Positions 49,449 through 59,673 are shown, counted from the first letter of the stretch. The stretch is 64,000 nt of DNA from Methanocella sp. (GCA_050261115.1 JBLNCY010000010.1:113757-177756), one strand, 5' to 3'. Notes: a model not told the origin generated them from the sequence alone. Numbers and translations: made by a program.

Positions 49449-50746
49449 CTCTACCCAAATCTAAATCGCTCTTTGAGCGAGCTAAAAATGTCCTACCTGG
49501 CGGAGTAAACAGTCCCGTCCGCGCCTTTGAGCCCTATCCCTTCTTTGTTACCTCAGCCAAAGGCTCCAAGATGGTTGACGCCGACAAAAACACCTACCTG
49601 GATTACTGTATGGCTTACGGCGCGCTGCTATTGGGCCACGCTTACCCCGAAATATTGCAAGCCGTTGCGGAGCAGTTGCCAAAGGGTACCCTCTACGGTG
49701 TACCAACCGAGCAGGAAGTTGCCTTCGCCGAAGAAATCGGCCAGGCCTCCCCCTGTATGGAGATGCTGCGGCTAGTCAACAGCGGCACCGAAGCCACCAT
49801 GCATTCAATACGCGCCGCCAGAGGCTATACTAACCGAAAGAAAATCGTAAAGTTTGACGGGTGCTTCCACGGCAGCCACGACAACGTGCTGGTGAAGGCA
49901 GGGTCTGGGGCGGCGACGTTTGGTGCCCCCAACTCGCTTGGAGTTCCAGATGACACTACCAAAAACACAATCGTGCTGCCCTACAATGATGTGGCGGCGC
50001 TCGAGCAGGTATTCCAAGCAGAGGGGAACGAAATCGCCGCGGTCATCCTCGAACCTGTCCTTGCCAATGTCGGTTTGATTCTGCCCCAACTAGATTATCT
50101 CCAAAGCCTAAGAAAACTCACCTCCCAGTATGGGGCTGTGCTGATTTTTGATGAAATCATCACTGGGTTCCGTCTTTCGTTGGGTGGCGCCCAGGAGTAT
50201 TTCGGCGTAAAACCTGACATGGCGACCTTGGGTAAGGTGTTGGGCGGCGGCTTCCCGTTGGCTGCGTTTGGCGGCAAGAAGGAAATCATGCAAAACATAA
50301 GCCCCCTCGGTAAAGTCTATCAGGCGGGTACCTTTAGCGGTAACCCGGTCTCTGTAGCGGCGGGCATGGCAATCGTCGGGTACTTAGTTAAGAACAAGCA
50401 GACGCTCTATCCTAACCTCGAAAAGAACGCTGTCCAACTCAAAAAGGCCTTAGTTGACCTATCTGCTGATTACAAGCTTCCAGCACAGGTCCACAGCATA
50501 GCTTCGCTCTTCCAGATATTCTTCACCAACGAATCCGTCACTGACTACTCATCTGCCAAACAAAGCGACCCCGCCATGTTTAGCGCGTACTTCCAAAGCC
50601 TGCTAAAAGAGGGCGTCTTTATTCCGCCGTCGCAGTATGAGACCTGCTTCCTATCAAACGCTCACAGCCCCGAGGACTTTGAATTCACCATTGTCGCGTT
50701 CGATAAGGCACTGGCGTCAGCGGCAAAAACGAGGAAACCCCCATGA
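49430..50746 (+). CDS. hemL: Glutamate-1-semialdehyde 2,1-aminomutase
   Basis: PGGVNSPVRA, NSGTEAT, FDEIITGFR, GKVLGGG, QAGTFSGNP. Confidence 0.97.
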   Translation: MVESALTLPKSKSLFERAKNVLPGGVNSPVRAFEPYPFFVTSAKGSKMVDADKNTYLDYCMAYGALLLGHAYPEILQAVAEQLPKGTLYGVPTEQEVAFAEEIGQASPCMEMLRLVNSGTEATMHSIRAARGYTNRKKIVKFDGCFHGSHDNVLVKAGSGAATFGAPNSLGVPDDTTKNTIVLPYNDVAALEQVFQAEGNEIAAVILEPVLANVGLILPQLDYLQSLRKLTSQYGAVLIFDEIITGFRLSLGGAQEYFGVKPDMATLGKVLGGGFPLAAFGGKKEIMQNISPLGKVYQAGTFSGNPVSVAAGMAIVGYLVKNKQTLYPNLEKNAVQLKKALVDLSADYKLPAQVHSIASLFQIFFTNESVTDYSSAKQSDPAMFSAYFQSLLKEGVFIPPSQYETCFLSNAHSPEDFEFTIVAFDKALASAAKTRKPP

Positions 50747-51678
50747 AGCTAACTGTAGGTACACGCGGCAGCAAACTCGCATTAGCCCAAACCAACCGTA
50801 CCCTCAACCAAATAAAAGCCAAAAACCCAGACATCGAATTCGAGCTAAAAATCATCCATACTGCTGGCGACAAGGATCACAGTAAACCGCTCTTTAGCAT
50901 CGACTGTAAAGGCATCTTTGAGAAGGAAATCGATCAGCAAGTCGTCGCTGGAGAGGTAGATTTTGCGGTGCACAGCCTAAAAGATGTTCCCATTGTGGAG
51001 CAGCAGTCCGGCACAGTGTTGGCGGCGATTCCAAAAAGGGATTCCCGCTGCGACGTATTTATCTCGAAAGACAGAACCCCCTTACTGCAACTGCCTCTGG
51101 GCGCAGTGGTTGGCACAGGTAGCCTTCGCCGTTTAGCCCAAATCAAACATTTACGCCCCGACCTCGAAGTAACACCGATCAGGGGTAACATCGACACCCG
51201 CATAGGTAAAGTAACAAAAGGCGAACTTGCAGGCATAGTTCTTGCCGAAGCAGGCCTTGAACGCATGCACATAACTGAGGAAATGACCGAGCGCTTACCG
51301 CTGGATCAATTTCCCTCCGCAGCCGGCCAAGGCGCGATCGCTGTTGTCGCCAAAGAAGACAACGACCAAGTAATCAGCATCCTCCAATCAGTTGAGGACA
51401 AAGCAAGCCGAGCAGAAATAACTGCTGAACGCAGCCTCGTCTTGAAGCTGGAAGGCGGCTGCAGAGTCCCCATCGGCGCCGTCGCAGTGGCCAGCGGAGA
51501 CAAACTTACCCTCTCAGGCAGCGTCTACTCTCTGGAAGGACAAAAAAAGATAACTGCCCACGCAAGCGGCACCCTATCCCAAGCCGCCGAGCTGGGTGCA
51601 AAAGTCGGCGCCGACCTCATCTTACTTGGCGCGGAAGACTTTGAGAAGCAATGGAGAGAAAAATATGGCGCATGGTAA
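50743..51678 (+). CDS. hemC: Hydroxymethylbilane synthase
   Basis: GTRGSKLALAQ, AVHSLKD, GTGSLRR, RGNIDTR, EGGCRVP. Confidence 0.97.
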   Translation: MKLTVGTRGSKLALAQTNRTLNQIKAKNPDIEFELKIIHTAGDKDHSKPLFSIDCKGIFEKEIDQQVVAGEVDFAVHSLKDVPIVEQQSGTVLAAIPKRDSRCDVFISKDRTPLLQLPLGAVVGTGSLRRLAQIKHLRPDLEVTPIRGNIDTRIGKVTKGELAGIVLAEAGLERMHITEEMTERLPLDQFPSAAGQGAIAVVAKEDNDQVISILQSVEDKASRAEITAERSLVLKLEGGCRVPIGAVAVASGDKLTLSGSVYSLEGQKKITAHASGTLSQAAELGAKVGADLILLGAEDFEKQWREKYGAW

Positions 51679-52420
51679 AGTCTACCTCGTCGGCGCAGGA
51701 CCCGGCGACCCCAAACTCCTCACCCTAAAAGCAGCTGAACTTATCAAACAAGCTGACGTCTTAATCTATGATCGGCTAGGCGTAAGCGACGAGGTTCTAG
51801 GCATGGCTACTGCTGGGGCAGAAAAGATTTTTGTTGGCAAACGAACTGGCCTGCATGAGGTACCCCAAGATAAAATCACTGAACTTATAATCCAGAAAGC
51901 CAAAGAGGGCGGCAATGTGGTTCGGCTAAAAGGCGGTGACCCCTTCATTTTTGGCCGTGGCGGCGAAGAAGCTGAGGCGCTGGTGGCAGAGGGAATTGAG
52001 TTTGAGATTGTGCCCGGTATTAGTTCTTCGGTGTCGGCGCCTATGTATGCGGGCATCCCCCTCACGCACCGCGACTACGCCGCTTCAGTTGCAATAATTA
52101 CCGGTCATAGGGCTGGAGATGCAGAGAAACCTATAGATTGGGTGAAAATTGCCAACTCAGTCGATACCATGGTTATCCTTATGGGTGTGGAATCGCTTGA
52201 GGATATAGTAGGCAAGTTGCTTGTGGGCGGCATCAGCCCCGATAGGCCCATTGCGATGGTTGAGTCAGGCACTCTTCCCCAGCAGCGGACTCTAATTGCC
52301 ACCTTAGGCACGGTCGTTAAAGAGGCCGCGGCTAAGCAAATCAAGCCTCCCTCTGTGATAGTTATCGGTGAAGTAGCCACCTTAGGAAGGAAACTGGCAT
52401 GGTTCAAACCACCCCTCTAA
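51665..52420 (+). CDS. cobA: Uroporphyrinogen-III C-methyltransferase
   Basis: VYLVGAGPGDP.LLTLKA, RLKGGDPFIFGRGGEE, AGIPLTHR; ATG 51665. Confidence 0.96.
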   Translation: MAHGKVYLVGAGPGDPKLLTLKAAELIKQADVLIYDRLGVSDEVLGMATAGAEKIFVGKRTGLHEVPQDKITELIIQKAKEGGNVVRLKGGDPFIFGRGGEEAEALVAEGIEFEIVPGISSSVSAPMYAGIPLTHRDYAASVAIITGHRAGDAEKPIDWVKIANSVDTMVILMGVESLEDIVGKLLVGGISPDRPIAMVESGTLPQQRTLIATLGTVVKEAAAKQIKPPSVIVIGEVATLGRKLAWFKPPL

Positions 52421-53235
52421 AAGGCCGAGTAGTCGCCATCACCCGCCCCTCAGGCCAAGCTGCGGAAGCAGGCGAACTTATCCGCGCCAAAGGCGGCGTA
52501 CCCTACTACATCCCCGCCATCGAAATCAAGGGTCTAAGTAACCCTGAACCCATGAAGAAGTTCATTGCGGAACTCTCAGGCAGCAGCGTTGACTATGTTG
52601 TTTTGATGAGTACAAACGGTGTAAGGTATCTCTTTTTAGCTGCTGATGAGGTCAAGCAAACTCAGCTGTTAAGGGAAGGTTTAGAAAAAACCTGTGTTAT
52701 AGCTGTGGGGCCTAAAACCGCTGAAGCCCTAAAGGACTGCAACGTCAGGGTGGATATGATTCCTCAAAAGTACAGCGGTGACGGTCTCCTTGAAGCCCTC
52801 AAAGAAGCTGACCTTGGGGGCAAGAAGATTCGGATTCCACGCACAAGTAACGCGGCTCCAACATTAACCAATCAGCTTAGAGCCTGCGGTGCCGATGTCG
52901 AAGAAATCTACGTCTACGAATCAGGGTTACCTGTGGATGAAGCGCTTAAAACCAAGTTTTATCAAGACCTCGCCGAGGGCCGTATTGATGCGCTTCTTTT
53001 CGGTAGCGGGTTGAGCGCTAAAAATATTTTCAAGATGCTCACCGAAAAGGCTCCAATGGAACAGCTACGCCAAATCCTTAAAGAGAAGAAGGTTACTGTG
53101 GTGGCGATTGGCCCAACAACCGCCCAGGCGCTTCAAGAGCTGGATGTAGCGGTGGATGTTGTTCCTGAGGATTATCTTTTTGATAAGGCGCTTGATGCTC
53201 TTGCCGCATACTGGTCAAGACTCGCCAGTCCGTAG
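52399..53235 (+). CDS. hemD: Uroporphyrinogen-III synthase
   Basis: AITRP, STNGV, AVGPKTAEAL, AIGPTTA.AL; follows cobA. Confidence 0.92.
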   Translation: MVQTTPLKGRVVAITRPSGQAAEAGELIRAKGGVPYYIPAIEIKGLSNPEPMKKFIAELSGSSVDYVVLMSTNGVRYLFLAADEVKQTQLLREGLEKTCVIAVGPKTAEALKDCNVRVDMIPQKYSGDGLLEALKEADLGGKKIRIPRTSNAAPTLTNQLRACGADVEEIYVYESGLPVDEALKTKFYQDLAEGRIDALLFGSGLSAKNIFKMLTEKAPMEQLRQILKEKKVTVVAIGPTTAQALQELDVAVDVVPEDYLFDKALDALAAYWSRLASP

Positions 53236-53540
53236 GGTTTCTGCCTCCTCTCCTCTTTTTAGGCTGCCCTAATCAGCAAATATGTAAGGGCCGTTGGTTG
53301 AGACCCTGTATTATTGACATTTTGGCCACCGTTTTTCTCGCAGACTATCCTGAGCTTAAATAGTGAAAGACAGTGCTAACTCCATGCTTTATACATAAAA
53401 AAATGCAAAAACTTTGCCAAAATTGCGTCTTTCTTTAACTATTGATATAAAAACCCCCCTGCCGCTGGGTGGCTCTTTTAACTAATAAATGCGAACACTC
53501 TTTTATTATCCAAATGGAAGTTGAGGGTGGGGAATGCTAA

Positions 53541-54200
53541 TTGGTTAAAGGTTTCACTAGTCGATGGAAGGAAAAAGAGCCAAAAGACCAGTCTCTTGTT
53601 TCCAAAATAAAAAATGTAGGTCAACCAACCGTTGGTTTAAAAGAGCAAATCGCAACGGTTACTCAACGGTTAGATGCTCAAACACGCAATTTAGACGCCG
53701 CAGTTGTGCGTTTTCAAAACCGCGATAAGGAAATCTTTGGCCGAATCATGAAAGCGATGGCACAAAGAGACCAAGCTAGAGCAAATATTCTTGCAACCGA
53801 ACTTGCAGAAATCCGAAAAGTCACAAAAATGCTCTCCCAATCATCCCTCGCATTGCAAAGTGTCTCAATGCGACTAAGCACCGTATCCGAATTAGGGGAT
53901 GTTGTTACCGTTCTTGCGCCCGCCAGAGGCTTACTAAACAACGTACGAAATGAAATGTGCAGTATCTTCCCCGAGGCAAGCCAAGAATTAGGCAACATAG
54001 GAAACTTGCTTACCGAAATATGCACAACAACAACCCAAAGCAACGATATGCCTACAAATAGTGTGATAGCTAATGCTGATGCTTTGGCTATTCTTGAAGA
54101 GGCAGAAATTGCAGCTGGAAACCGCCTTAAGGACCAGTTGCCCGAAATCAGTTTCGAGCAACCCGCACCTCCTCAGAGGCGCACCAGCATAGGCATATAA
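53541..54200 (+). CDS. ESCRT-III / Snf7 family protein (CdvB paralog lacking the C-terminal winged helix)
   Basis: Coiled-coil core with RANILATELAEIRK, RLSTVSELGD, PEASQELG, AILEEA typical of archaeal CdvB proteins. Confidence 0.88.
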   Translation: MVKGFTSRWKEKEPKDQSLVSKIKNVGQPTVGLKEQIATVTQRLDAQTRNLDAAVVRFQNRDKEIFGRIMKAMAQRDQARANILATELAEIRKVTKMLSQSSLALQSVSMRLSTVSELGDVVTVLAPARGLLNNVRNEMCSIFPEASQELGNIGNLLTEICTTTTQSNDMPTNSVIANADALAILEEAEIAAGNRLKDQLPEISFEQPAPPQRRTSIGI

Positions 54201-54226
54201 TGTGGCTTTCGCCACCCTTCCATTTT

Positions 54227-54490
54227 TTAGGGTAAAAAATAGTTCGAATTTGAGGGTATGGTTCCGTTTGTTTTTTCAATTATTTGAAGAATAAAATCGT
54301 CTGTGCAGTCATCCATACATTCACATTCCCCACAGGATTTAGGTATCGTGAGAATAACAGCAGCGTCACTGATGATGTACTCAATCAGTAAACTCCTAAT
54401 GCGGCACTTCTTGAAGGTGCGGTTAGGCTTTACCGTAGTTATACCATATCTTGAGTCATCAAAACTTCGCCCTAAAGCTTCAACCATCAT
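54227..54490 (-). CDS. Hypothetical protein with Cys cluster
   Basis: 87 aa, CGECECMDDC. Confidence 0.6.
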   Translation of the reverse strand: MMVEALGRSFDDSRYGITTVKPNRTFKKCRIRSLLIEYIISDAAVILTIPKSCGECECMDDCTDDFILQIIEKTNGTIPSNSNYFLP

Positions 54491-54494
54491 TCTT

Positions 54495-54725
54495 TCACTC
54501 TTTTTTGCCTACTTCCTTCATGACATGCGCAGGAGAAATGTACTCTTTTTCAGGGATTAACTCTAAAATCGACATCACATCACCAGGCGCCTGGTTCTTT
54601 TTTGCTAAATTTACTAGTTCCTGCTTGCTGGATGGGTAATGTGCCCCTTTTAGGCAATGTTGAATTTTTGCTGGGCTCGCAAAGCCCTGGGCAGTTGTGC
54701 CTTCACCTCTAACCAAACCTTTCAC
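54495..54725 (-). CDS. DUF2795 domain protein
   Basis: LKGAHYPSSKQELV..A..N.A...LP..EY.SP..V. Confidence 0.8.
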   Translation of the reverse strand: MKGLVRGEGTTAQGFASPAKIQHCLKGAHYPSSKQELVNLAKKNQAPGDVMSILELIPEKEYISPAHVMKEVGKKE

Positions 54726-54730
54726 CCCCG

Positions 54731-54940
54731 TTATTTCTCCATTCTAACTTTGATGGACCATGAAAGTTTTCTGGCTAATTCCGCTGGGTTAGCGTTGATG
54801 TTTTGTTTGGTTAGAAAGACGTTTATGGCGGCTTCGACTTTGTTGTCGATGTCTTGGGCTTCAAGCGTGTTTAGAAGCATCGAGGCGATTTCGTCGCATA
54901 ATTCTTGGCCTTGCTGCTGACTTAAACTCGTTGTCTGCAT
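54731..54940 (-). CDS. Small hypothetical protein
   Basis: 69 aa, GAGTGA upstream, tightly spaced with the two downstream ORFs. Confidence 0.6.
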   Translation of the reverse strand: MQTTSLSQQQGQELCDEIASMLLNTLEAQDIDNKVEAAINVFLTKQNINANPAELARKLSWSIKVRMEK

Positions 54941-55079
54941 ACAAAATCACTCTATCAGTCTAGCCTGAATGAGCGTATTTAAGCATCTGTTGTTGCAGGC
55001 ACGAATAACAGAAGACGCCAAGGGAACAGCTGCATCTTGACTGAATTGTACCCTGTACTGAAAGCTAAGTGCTCGCTTT

Positions 55080-55250
55080 ACAGGCGGGTTCGTTTTCGGC
55101 CTGAAACAGTTGTGCAGTCAGCAATTAACCCCCTCTGCAATCGCATAGTCGCAGCCGTTAAGAACCAGCAACCACCAAGACATACACCAACGGCCCCTTG
55201 CGGTTGTTGAGTCTATATGTAAGGGAGGGGGTAGGTCGTGAGAGCAACAG
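55080..55250 (+). repeat. Dispersed intergenic repeat, copy B (near full length)
   Basis: GAAACAGTTGTGCA...AAGAACCAGCAACCACCAAGACATACAC...CGGTTGTTGAGTCTATATGTAAGGGAGGGGGTAGGTCGTGAGAGCAACAG. Confidence 0.8.
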
Positions 55251-55367
55251 AGAAAAGACAAACTAGAACCATCCGTCAACAAATCTACCAACCCGAAGAA
55301 ACCCACAAGAAAAATTCTACAGGGTCTACTGTTATATCGCGGGCTGCTGATGTTGTCTTGATCTCTA

Positions 55368-55733
55368 ATGGCTGCTTTAAGTTTTAAAGCGTATGTGGTT
55401 TACTTGATCCTTAACGGGAAAACCGAAGAAGCACTAGAATTACTCGCCAAAGAATACTGCGTTGCGGTGCCTACATTGCGGGTGGGGCTGCCAAAAGGCC
55501 ACAAAACCACCGCTTATGGCTGCTATACAGCAAAAACCCAAACCATTACTGTGCTAAACAGCGACATACTCGCTAACCCATTTGTTATTCTTCACGAATT
55601 CTATCATCATCTGCGCTGCCGCGGCATTGATCGAGTGCATCGCGGAACGGAGGGCAACGCAGACAAATTTGCCCAAACCTTTCTTGCCGAATTTCAAACC
55701 GAAGCCGCACGGCATCGAGCAGGCGGTCAATAG
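55368..55733 (+). CDS. Small zincin-like metallopeptidase domain protein
   Basis: YGCY....TITV, ILHEFYHH (HExxH), downstream E..AD.FA. Confidence 0.75.
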   Translation: MAALSFKAYVVYLILNGKTEEALELLAKEYCVAVPTLRVGLPKGHKTTAYGCYTAKTQTITVLNSDILANPFVILHEFYHHLRCRGIDRVHRGTEGNADKFAQTFLAEFQTEAARHRAGGQ

Positions 55734-56146
55734 AAATCCTCGTCTTTGCACTCGATTGGCGCAGTAATCTCTATTGGCAACTCATCGCCGTTTGAGTCAT
55801 AGGCGGCGATGCAGTTTTTGCCTTCAAAAGGCGGTCCAACAATCATCAGTACCCTGCCAAAAAAGTAGTTCAAGTCTACATGGCTCGGTGTGATGTTGCC
55901 TGAGGGATGCGAGTGGACAGTTCCCACCAAGGAATAGTCGCCTGCAAACATGTAGGGGTTGAAGTGCACTTCGCCATGTCCGTGGGCAGCAAAGGGTGCG
56001 AGCACCAAATCAGTTATGCTTATGGTGCCTTTGCGTTTTTTACCTCGAAGTAGCAGGAAGCTTTCGCGGGGGTAGAGTTCTTTGGCGCCTGCGTAGATTG
56101 CGTCAAGGATGTTGCTTGGGATGTGGATGATTGTCTGGGGCGTCAT
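55727..56146 (-). CDS. JAB/MPN (JAMM) metalloprotease
   Basis: YPRE, GTVHSHPSG...PSHVD (HxHx7Sx2D). Confidence 0.9.
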   Translation of the reverse strand: MTPQTIIHIPSNILDAIYAGAKELYPRESFLLLRGKKRKGTISITDLVLAPFAAHGHGEVHFNPYMFAGDYSLVGTVHSHPSGNITPSHVDLNYFFGRVLMIVGPPFEGKNCIAAYDSNGDELPIEITAPIECKDEDFY

Positions 56147-56263
56147 ATAGGCTACGATTGGTTTGGTACGTTAAAATACTTTATCTATCGTTTGTATACT
56201 GAGTTACTGTGTGATTAGGTAGACATTTAAGATAGCGTGAATAAGAAGTTGTGAAATATGAGT

Positions 56264-56348
56264 GCCGGGATGGCAGAGTGGTTAACGCGCGGGCCTTGAG
56301 AGCCCGTGGACCTCCCGGTCCGCATGGGTTCGAATCCCATTCCCGGCG
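56264..56348 (+). tRNA. tRNA-Ser(TGA), long variable arm, CCA not encoded
   Basis: Acceptor GCCGGGA/TCCCGGC, anticodon arm CGGGC-CTTGAGA-GCCCG, variable arm GGACC/GGTCC, ATGGG-TTCGAAT-CCCAT, G discriminator. Confidence 0.96.
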
Positions 56349-56735
56349 CTCTTTTCGGTTTTATGCAGGTATCTGTTCCTGTTTGTGCGGTTTTTTTTGC
56401 TGTTGTAATTGTTACTGATCTCTTTTTTACTTATATGTAATTTACTCGAAAATGGCGGTAATAATTGAAAAAAGTACTCTTTTGTCAACCTCGGATGAAA
56501 ATTGTTCATATGTATTAAATCTAATAATTAAGTAACAATCTCAGCTAGAATTAAAAGATAAAATTATCTCCAAATTCGTTGAATCATCGGTTTTTGCCCC
56601 ATCCAAATATTCTCACCAAACTTGATTCATACCATAAAAACCGCAAATCTGTTTTCAATTTCACAACATTTCATTAAAAAAACTTATATGTGCATAGAGT
56701 TTCACCGTATGTATCCATATAGGATGAGACCTGAA

Positions 56736-58697
56736 ATGTCTGAAGCAAGTCTACCCTTCAATGAGAAATATTCTCCCAGCATAGCCCCAATTTCTTCTGG
56801 TGAAATCCGAAAAGCTGAATGGGAGAAATCCATTAAGAACCCCCGCGAATTTTGGGCTGAAAAAGCCAAAGCAATAGACTGGTTCAAAGCACCGACCCAG
56901 ATATTAGATGACTCGAACCCGCCGTTTTTCAAATGGTTTGCCGATGGTGAACTAAATATCTCCTACAACGCCCTAGACAGGCACGTAAAAAGCAACCGTA
57001 AAAACAAAGTCGCCTACATATGGGAAGGCGAAATGGGTGAAGTTAAAACTTTCACTTACTACCAGCTATATCGAGAAGTTAACAAACTAGCAAAAGCTCT
57101 AAAAGACTACGGTATCAAAAAAGGAGACCGTGTCGCAGTATTTTTGCCTGTTATTCCGGAATTACCAATTTCACTACTTGCAATAACCCGAATCGGCGCA
57201 GTCCACACCGTAGTGTTCTCTGGATTTAGCTTTGAAGCCTTAGCAGACAGAGTTAACGATTGTGGCGCAAAAGTCCTAATAACCGCAGACGGCAGCTTCC
57301 GACGCGGAAAACCAGTTGGAATAAAAGACAATGCCGACCGTGCTGCACCCCTTATGCCAAACATCGAAAAAGTCATCGTTGTAAAACGGACAGGCCAAGA
57401 CATCCAAATGAAAGAAGGCCGAGACGTGTGGTACCAGGACGCACTAAAAGCAGCAGGCGCAAACGCATACGTCGAGCCAGAAAGCATGAAATCAACCGAC
57501 CCACTGTTCATTCTCTACACGTCAGGAACCACCGGTAAACCCAAAGGTATCCAACACGGCACAGGCGGCTACCTGGTTTGGGCTTACTGGACGCTTAAAT
57601 GGGCATTTAACCCCAATGATCAAGACGTCTACTGGTGTGTTGCAGATATTGGCTGGATTACAGGCCATACCTACAATGTCTATGCACCTTTAAGTCACGG
57701 CGTCACAGCGTTCCTCTTTGAAGGTACACCTGACTACCCCGCACAAGACCGATGGTGGGACATGATAGAACGTCATGGCATAACCATCCTCTATGGCACA
57801 CCCACAGCGGTTCGAATGTTCATGAAATTCGGCGAAGAATGGGTCAACAAGCACGATATCAGCACACTACGCCTCTTAGGCTCAGTCGGTGAAGCTATCA
57901 ACCCCGAAGCATGGAAATGGTACTACCGCGTCATCGGCAAAGAAAAACTGCCCATCATCGACACCTGGTGGCAAACTGAAACAGGCGGCTTCATGATTTC
58001 GCCAGCCTCAGGCATAGAGCTAACCCCACTAAAACCGGGCTCAGCAACCCTACCCTTACCTGCAGTCAACGCTGACATCTTCGACGACAAAGGACAATCT
58101 GTTCCTAAAGGAACCAAAGGGTATCTGGTCATCAAATCCCCCTGGCCAGGAATGCTGCAAACCGTCTGGAAAGACCCCGAGCGCTTTAAGCAAACATACT
58201 TCAACAAATGGCCAGGCATCTACTACGTCGGCGACTACGCACTCCAAGACCCAGACGGATACTTCTGGCTCTTAGGTAGAGCAGACGAAGTCCTAAAAGT
58301 AGCAGGCCACCGAATCGGCACAGTCGAACTCGAAAGCGCCCTGATCTCTCACCCAGCAGTCAGCGAAGCAGCAGTCATGGGCAAAGAAGACCCCGTCAAA
58401 GGCGAAGTCCCAGTGGCATTTGTAGTGCTCCGCAGTGGATTCTCACCCTCAGATGAGCTTCGAGCGGAACTCACAAAACACGTACGAACAACTATCGGCC
58501 CAATCGCAACTCCTGAAGCCGTCATAATCGTTGCCAAGCTACCCAAGACTCGCAGTGGAAAAATTATGCGCAGATTACTAAAGGCGGTACTGACTGGTGC
58601 TCCACTCGGTGACACCTCGACAATCGAAGACGAAGCCTCCATCGAGGACATTAAAGCCACATACGATGAGCTTCGTAAGCAAGTAGGGCCAAAATAG
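56736..58697 (+). CDS. acs: Acetate--CoA ligase (AMP-forming acetyl-CoA synthetase)
   Basis: YTSGTTGKPKG, ADIGWITGH, DTWWQTETG, GRADEVLKVAGHRIG, PKTRSGKIMRR; start 56736 preferred. Confidence 0.97.
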   Translation: MSEASLPFNEKYSPSIAPISSGEIRKAEWEKSIKNPREFWAEKAKAIDWFKAPTQILDDSNPPFFKWFADGELNISYNALDRHVKSNRKNKVAYIWEGEMGEVKTFTYYQLYREVNKLAKALKDYGIKKGDRVAVFLPVIPELPISLLAITRIGAVHTVVFSGFSFEALADRVNDCGAKVLITADGSFRRGKPVGIKDNADRAAPLMPNIEKVIVVKRTGQDIQMKEGRDVWYQDALKAAGANAYVEPESMKSTDPLFILYTSGTTGKPKGIQHGTGGYLVWAYWTLKWAFNPNDQDVYWCVADIGWITGHTYNVYAPLSHGVTAFLFEGTPDYPAQDRWWDMIERHGITILYGTPTAVRMFMKFGEEWVNKHDISTLRLLGSVGEAINPEAWKWYYRVIGKEKLPIIDTWWQTETGGFMISPASGIELTPLKPGSATLPLPAVNADIFDDKGQSVPKGTKGYLVIKSPWPGMLQTVWKDPERFKQTYFNKWPGIYYVGDYALQDPDGYFWLLGRADEVLKVAGHRIGTVELESALISHPAVSEAAVMGKEDPVKGEVPVAFVVLRSGFSPSDELRAELTKHVRTTIGPIATPEAVIIVAKLPKTRSGKIMRRLLKAVLTGAPLGDTSTIEDEASIEDIKATYDELRKQVGPK

Positions 58698-58745
58698 CCC
58701 TGCCCCTTTTTTATTTTAATCTCAAATTAGATTTTTTCGTGTTCC

Positions 58746-59543
58746 CTATTTGGGGATTATTTCAATCTCGTACAGGTTTGGCCAGTTTTTTCCTGTAACA
58801 AACAATTTGCCTGTTTGGGTATCGTAGGCAATGCCGTTTAGGACTGATTCGGGGTCGCTTGATTGATAGATGCCTGTGAGGTCGATCCAGCCTTTGACTT
58901 GTCCGGTTTGTGAGTTGATGATGGCTATTTTGTATGAATGCCAAATGTTTGCGTAGACGTCTCCGTTGATGTATTCGAGTTCGTTTATGTTAAGGACCGG
59001 TTCGTCTCCTTCTTGTACGCTAACTTGATTAGTTATTGAGTATGTTTGGGGGTCAAGAAAAACCAGGTTAGAGGAGCCATTGCTCATGATTAGGTTTGTG
59101 CCGTCATAAGTTAAGCCCCAGCCTTGACCTGAAATACTAAAGTTATGTTGCACATTAAAGGTCTCTTTATCGTAAACAAAGCCGATGTTGTTTAGCCAGG
59201 TTAGTTGTATAAGCTGGTCGTTTACGATGGCTAAGCCTTCTGCAAAGTATTCGCTGGGCAGGTTGTACTGCTTTAAGGTGTTGCCTGTTATTAATTCAAC
59301 TTGGCGTAGGTTTGAACTTCCATATCCGCCTGCACTTTCAAAAAGCGTGCCCTCACTGAAGACGAGGCCTTGAGTGAAGGCGGATGTATCATGTGGATAA
59401 GTGTTTAGTATACGGTACGTATAGTCGACAGTGGCGCCTTGCAGATTGCTTGTCAATTCATTATTCAGCGCCAATGCCAAGGTGCAGGCTAAAACTATCC
59501 CAATTGTAAGAACTAATCCGATAGTTAACCATCTTTTTTCCAT
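58746..59543 (-). CDS. Glutaminyl-peptide cyclotransferase (beta-propeller type), membrane anchored
   Basis: YPHD..AFTQGL, FAEG, QLTW, GWGL, NELE, ANIW, VLNGIA, TGKNW. Confidence 0.92.
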   Translation of the reverse strand: MEKRWLTIGLVLTIGIVLACTLALALNNELTSNLQGATVDYTYRILNTYPHDTSAFTQGLVFSEGTLFESAGGYGSSNLRQVELITGNTLKQYNLPSEYFAEGLAIVNDQLIQLTWLNNIGFVYDKETFNVQHNFSISGQGWGLTYDGTNLIMSNGSSNLVFLDPQTYSITNQVSVQEGDEPVLNINELEYINGDVYANIWHSYKIAIINSQTGQVKGWIDLTGIYQSSDPESVLNGIAYDTQTGKLFVTGKNWPNLYEIEIIPK

Positions 59544-59673
59544 ACAAATTCATACTGTTCTTAGATGTTTATATGCTCAACCCTGCTGCGCGGAAACCTA
59601 TTAAAGCGAAAGGCTTAAGTGTACAGAGAATCTAACATCTTCTTCAGACTACAAAATAGGTGTTGAAAATCAA

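Noticed and set aside
53275-53310. ATATGTAAGGG as a seventh repeat copy
   Set aside because: Only the short core matches; flanking blocks are absent.
56264-56348. tRNA with TGA in the anticodon loop as a selenocysteine or opal suppressor, or as Leu(GAG)
   Set aside because: Loop CTTGAGA gives anticodon TGA, which reads TCA (Ser); a suppressor needs anticodon TCA.
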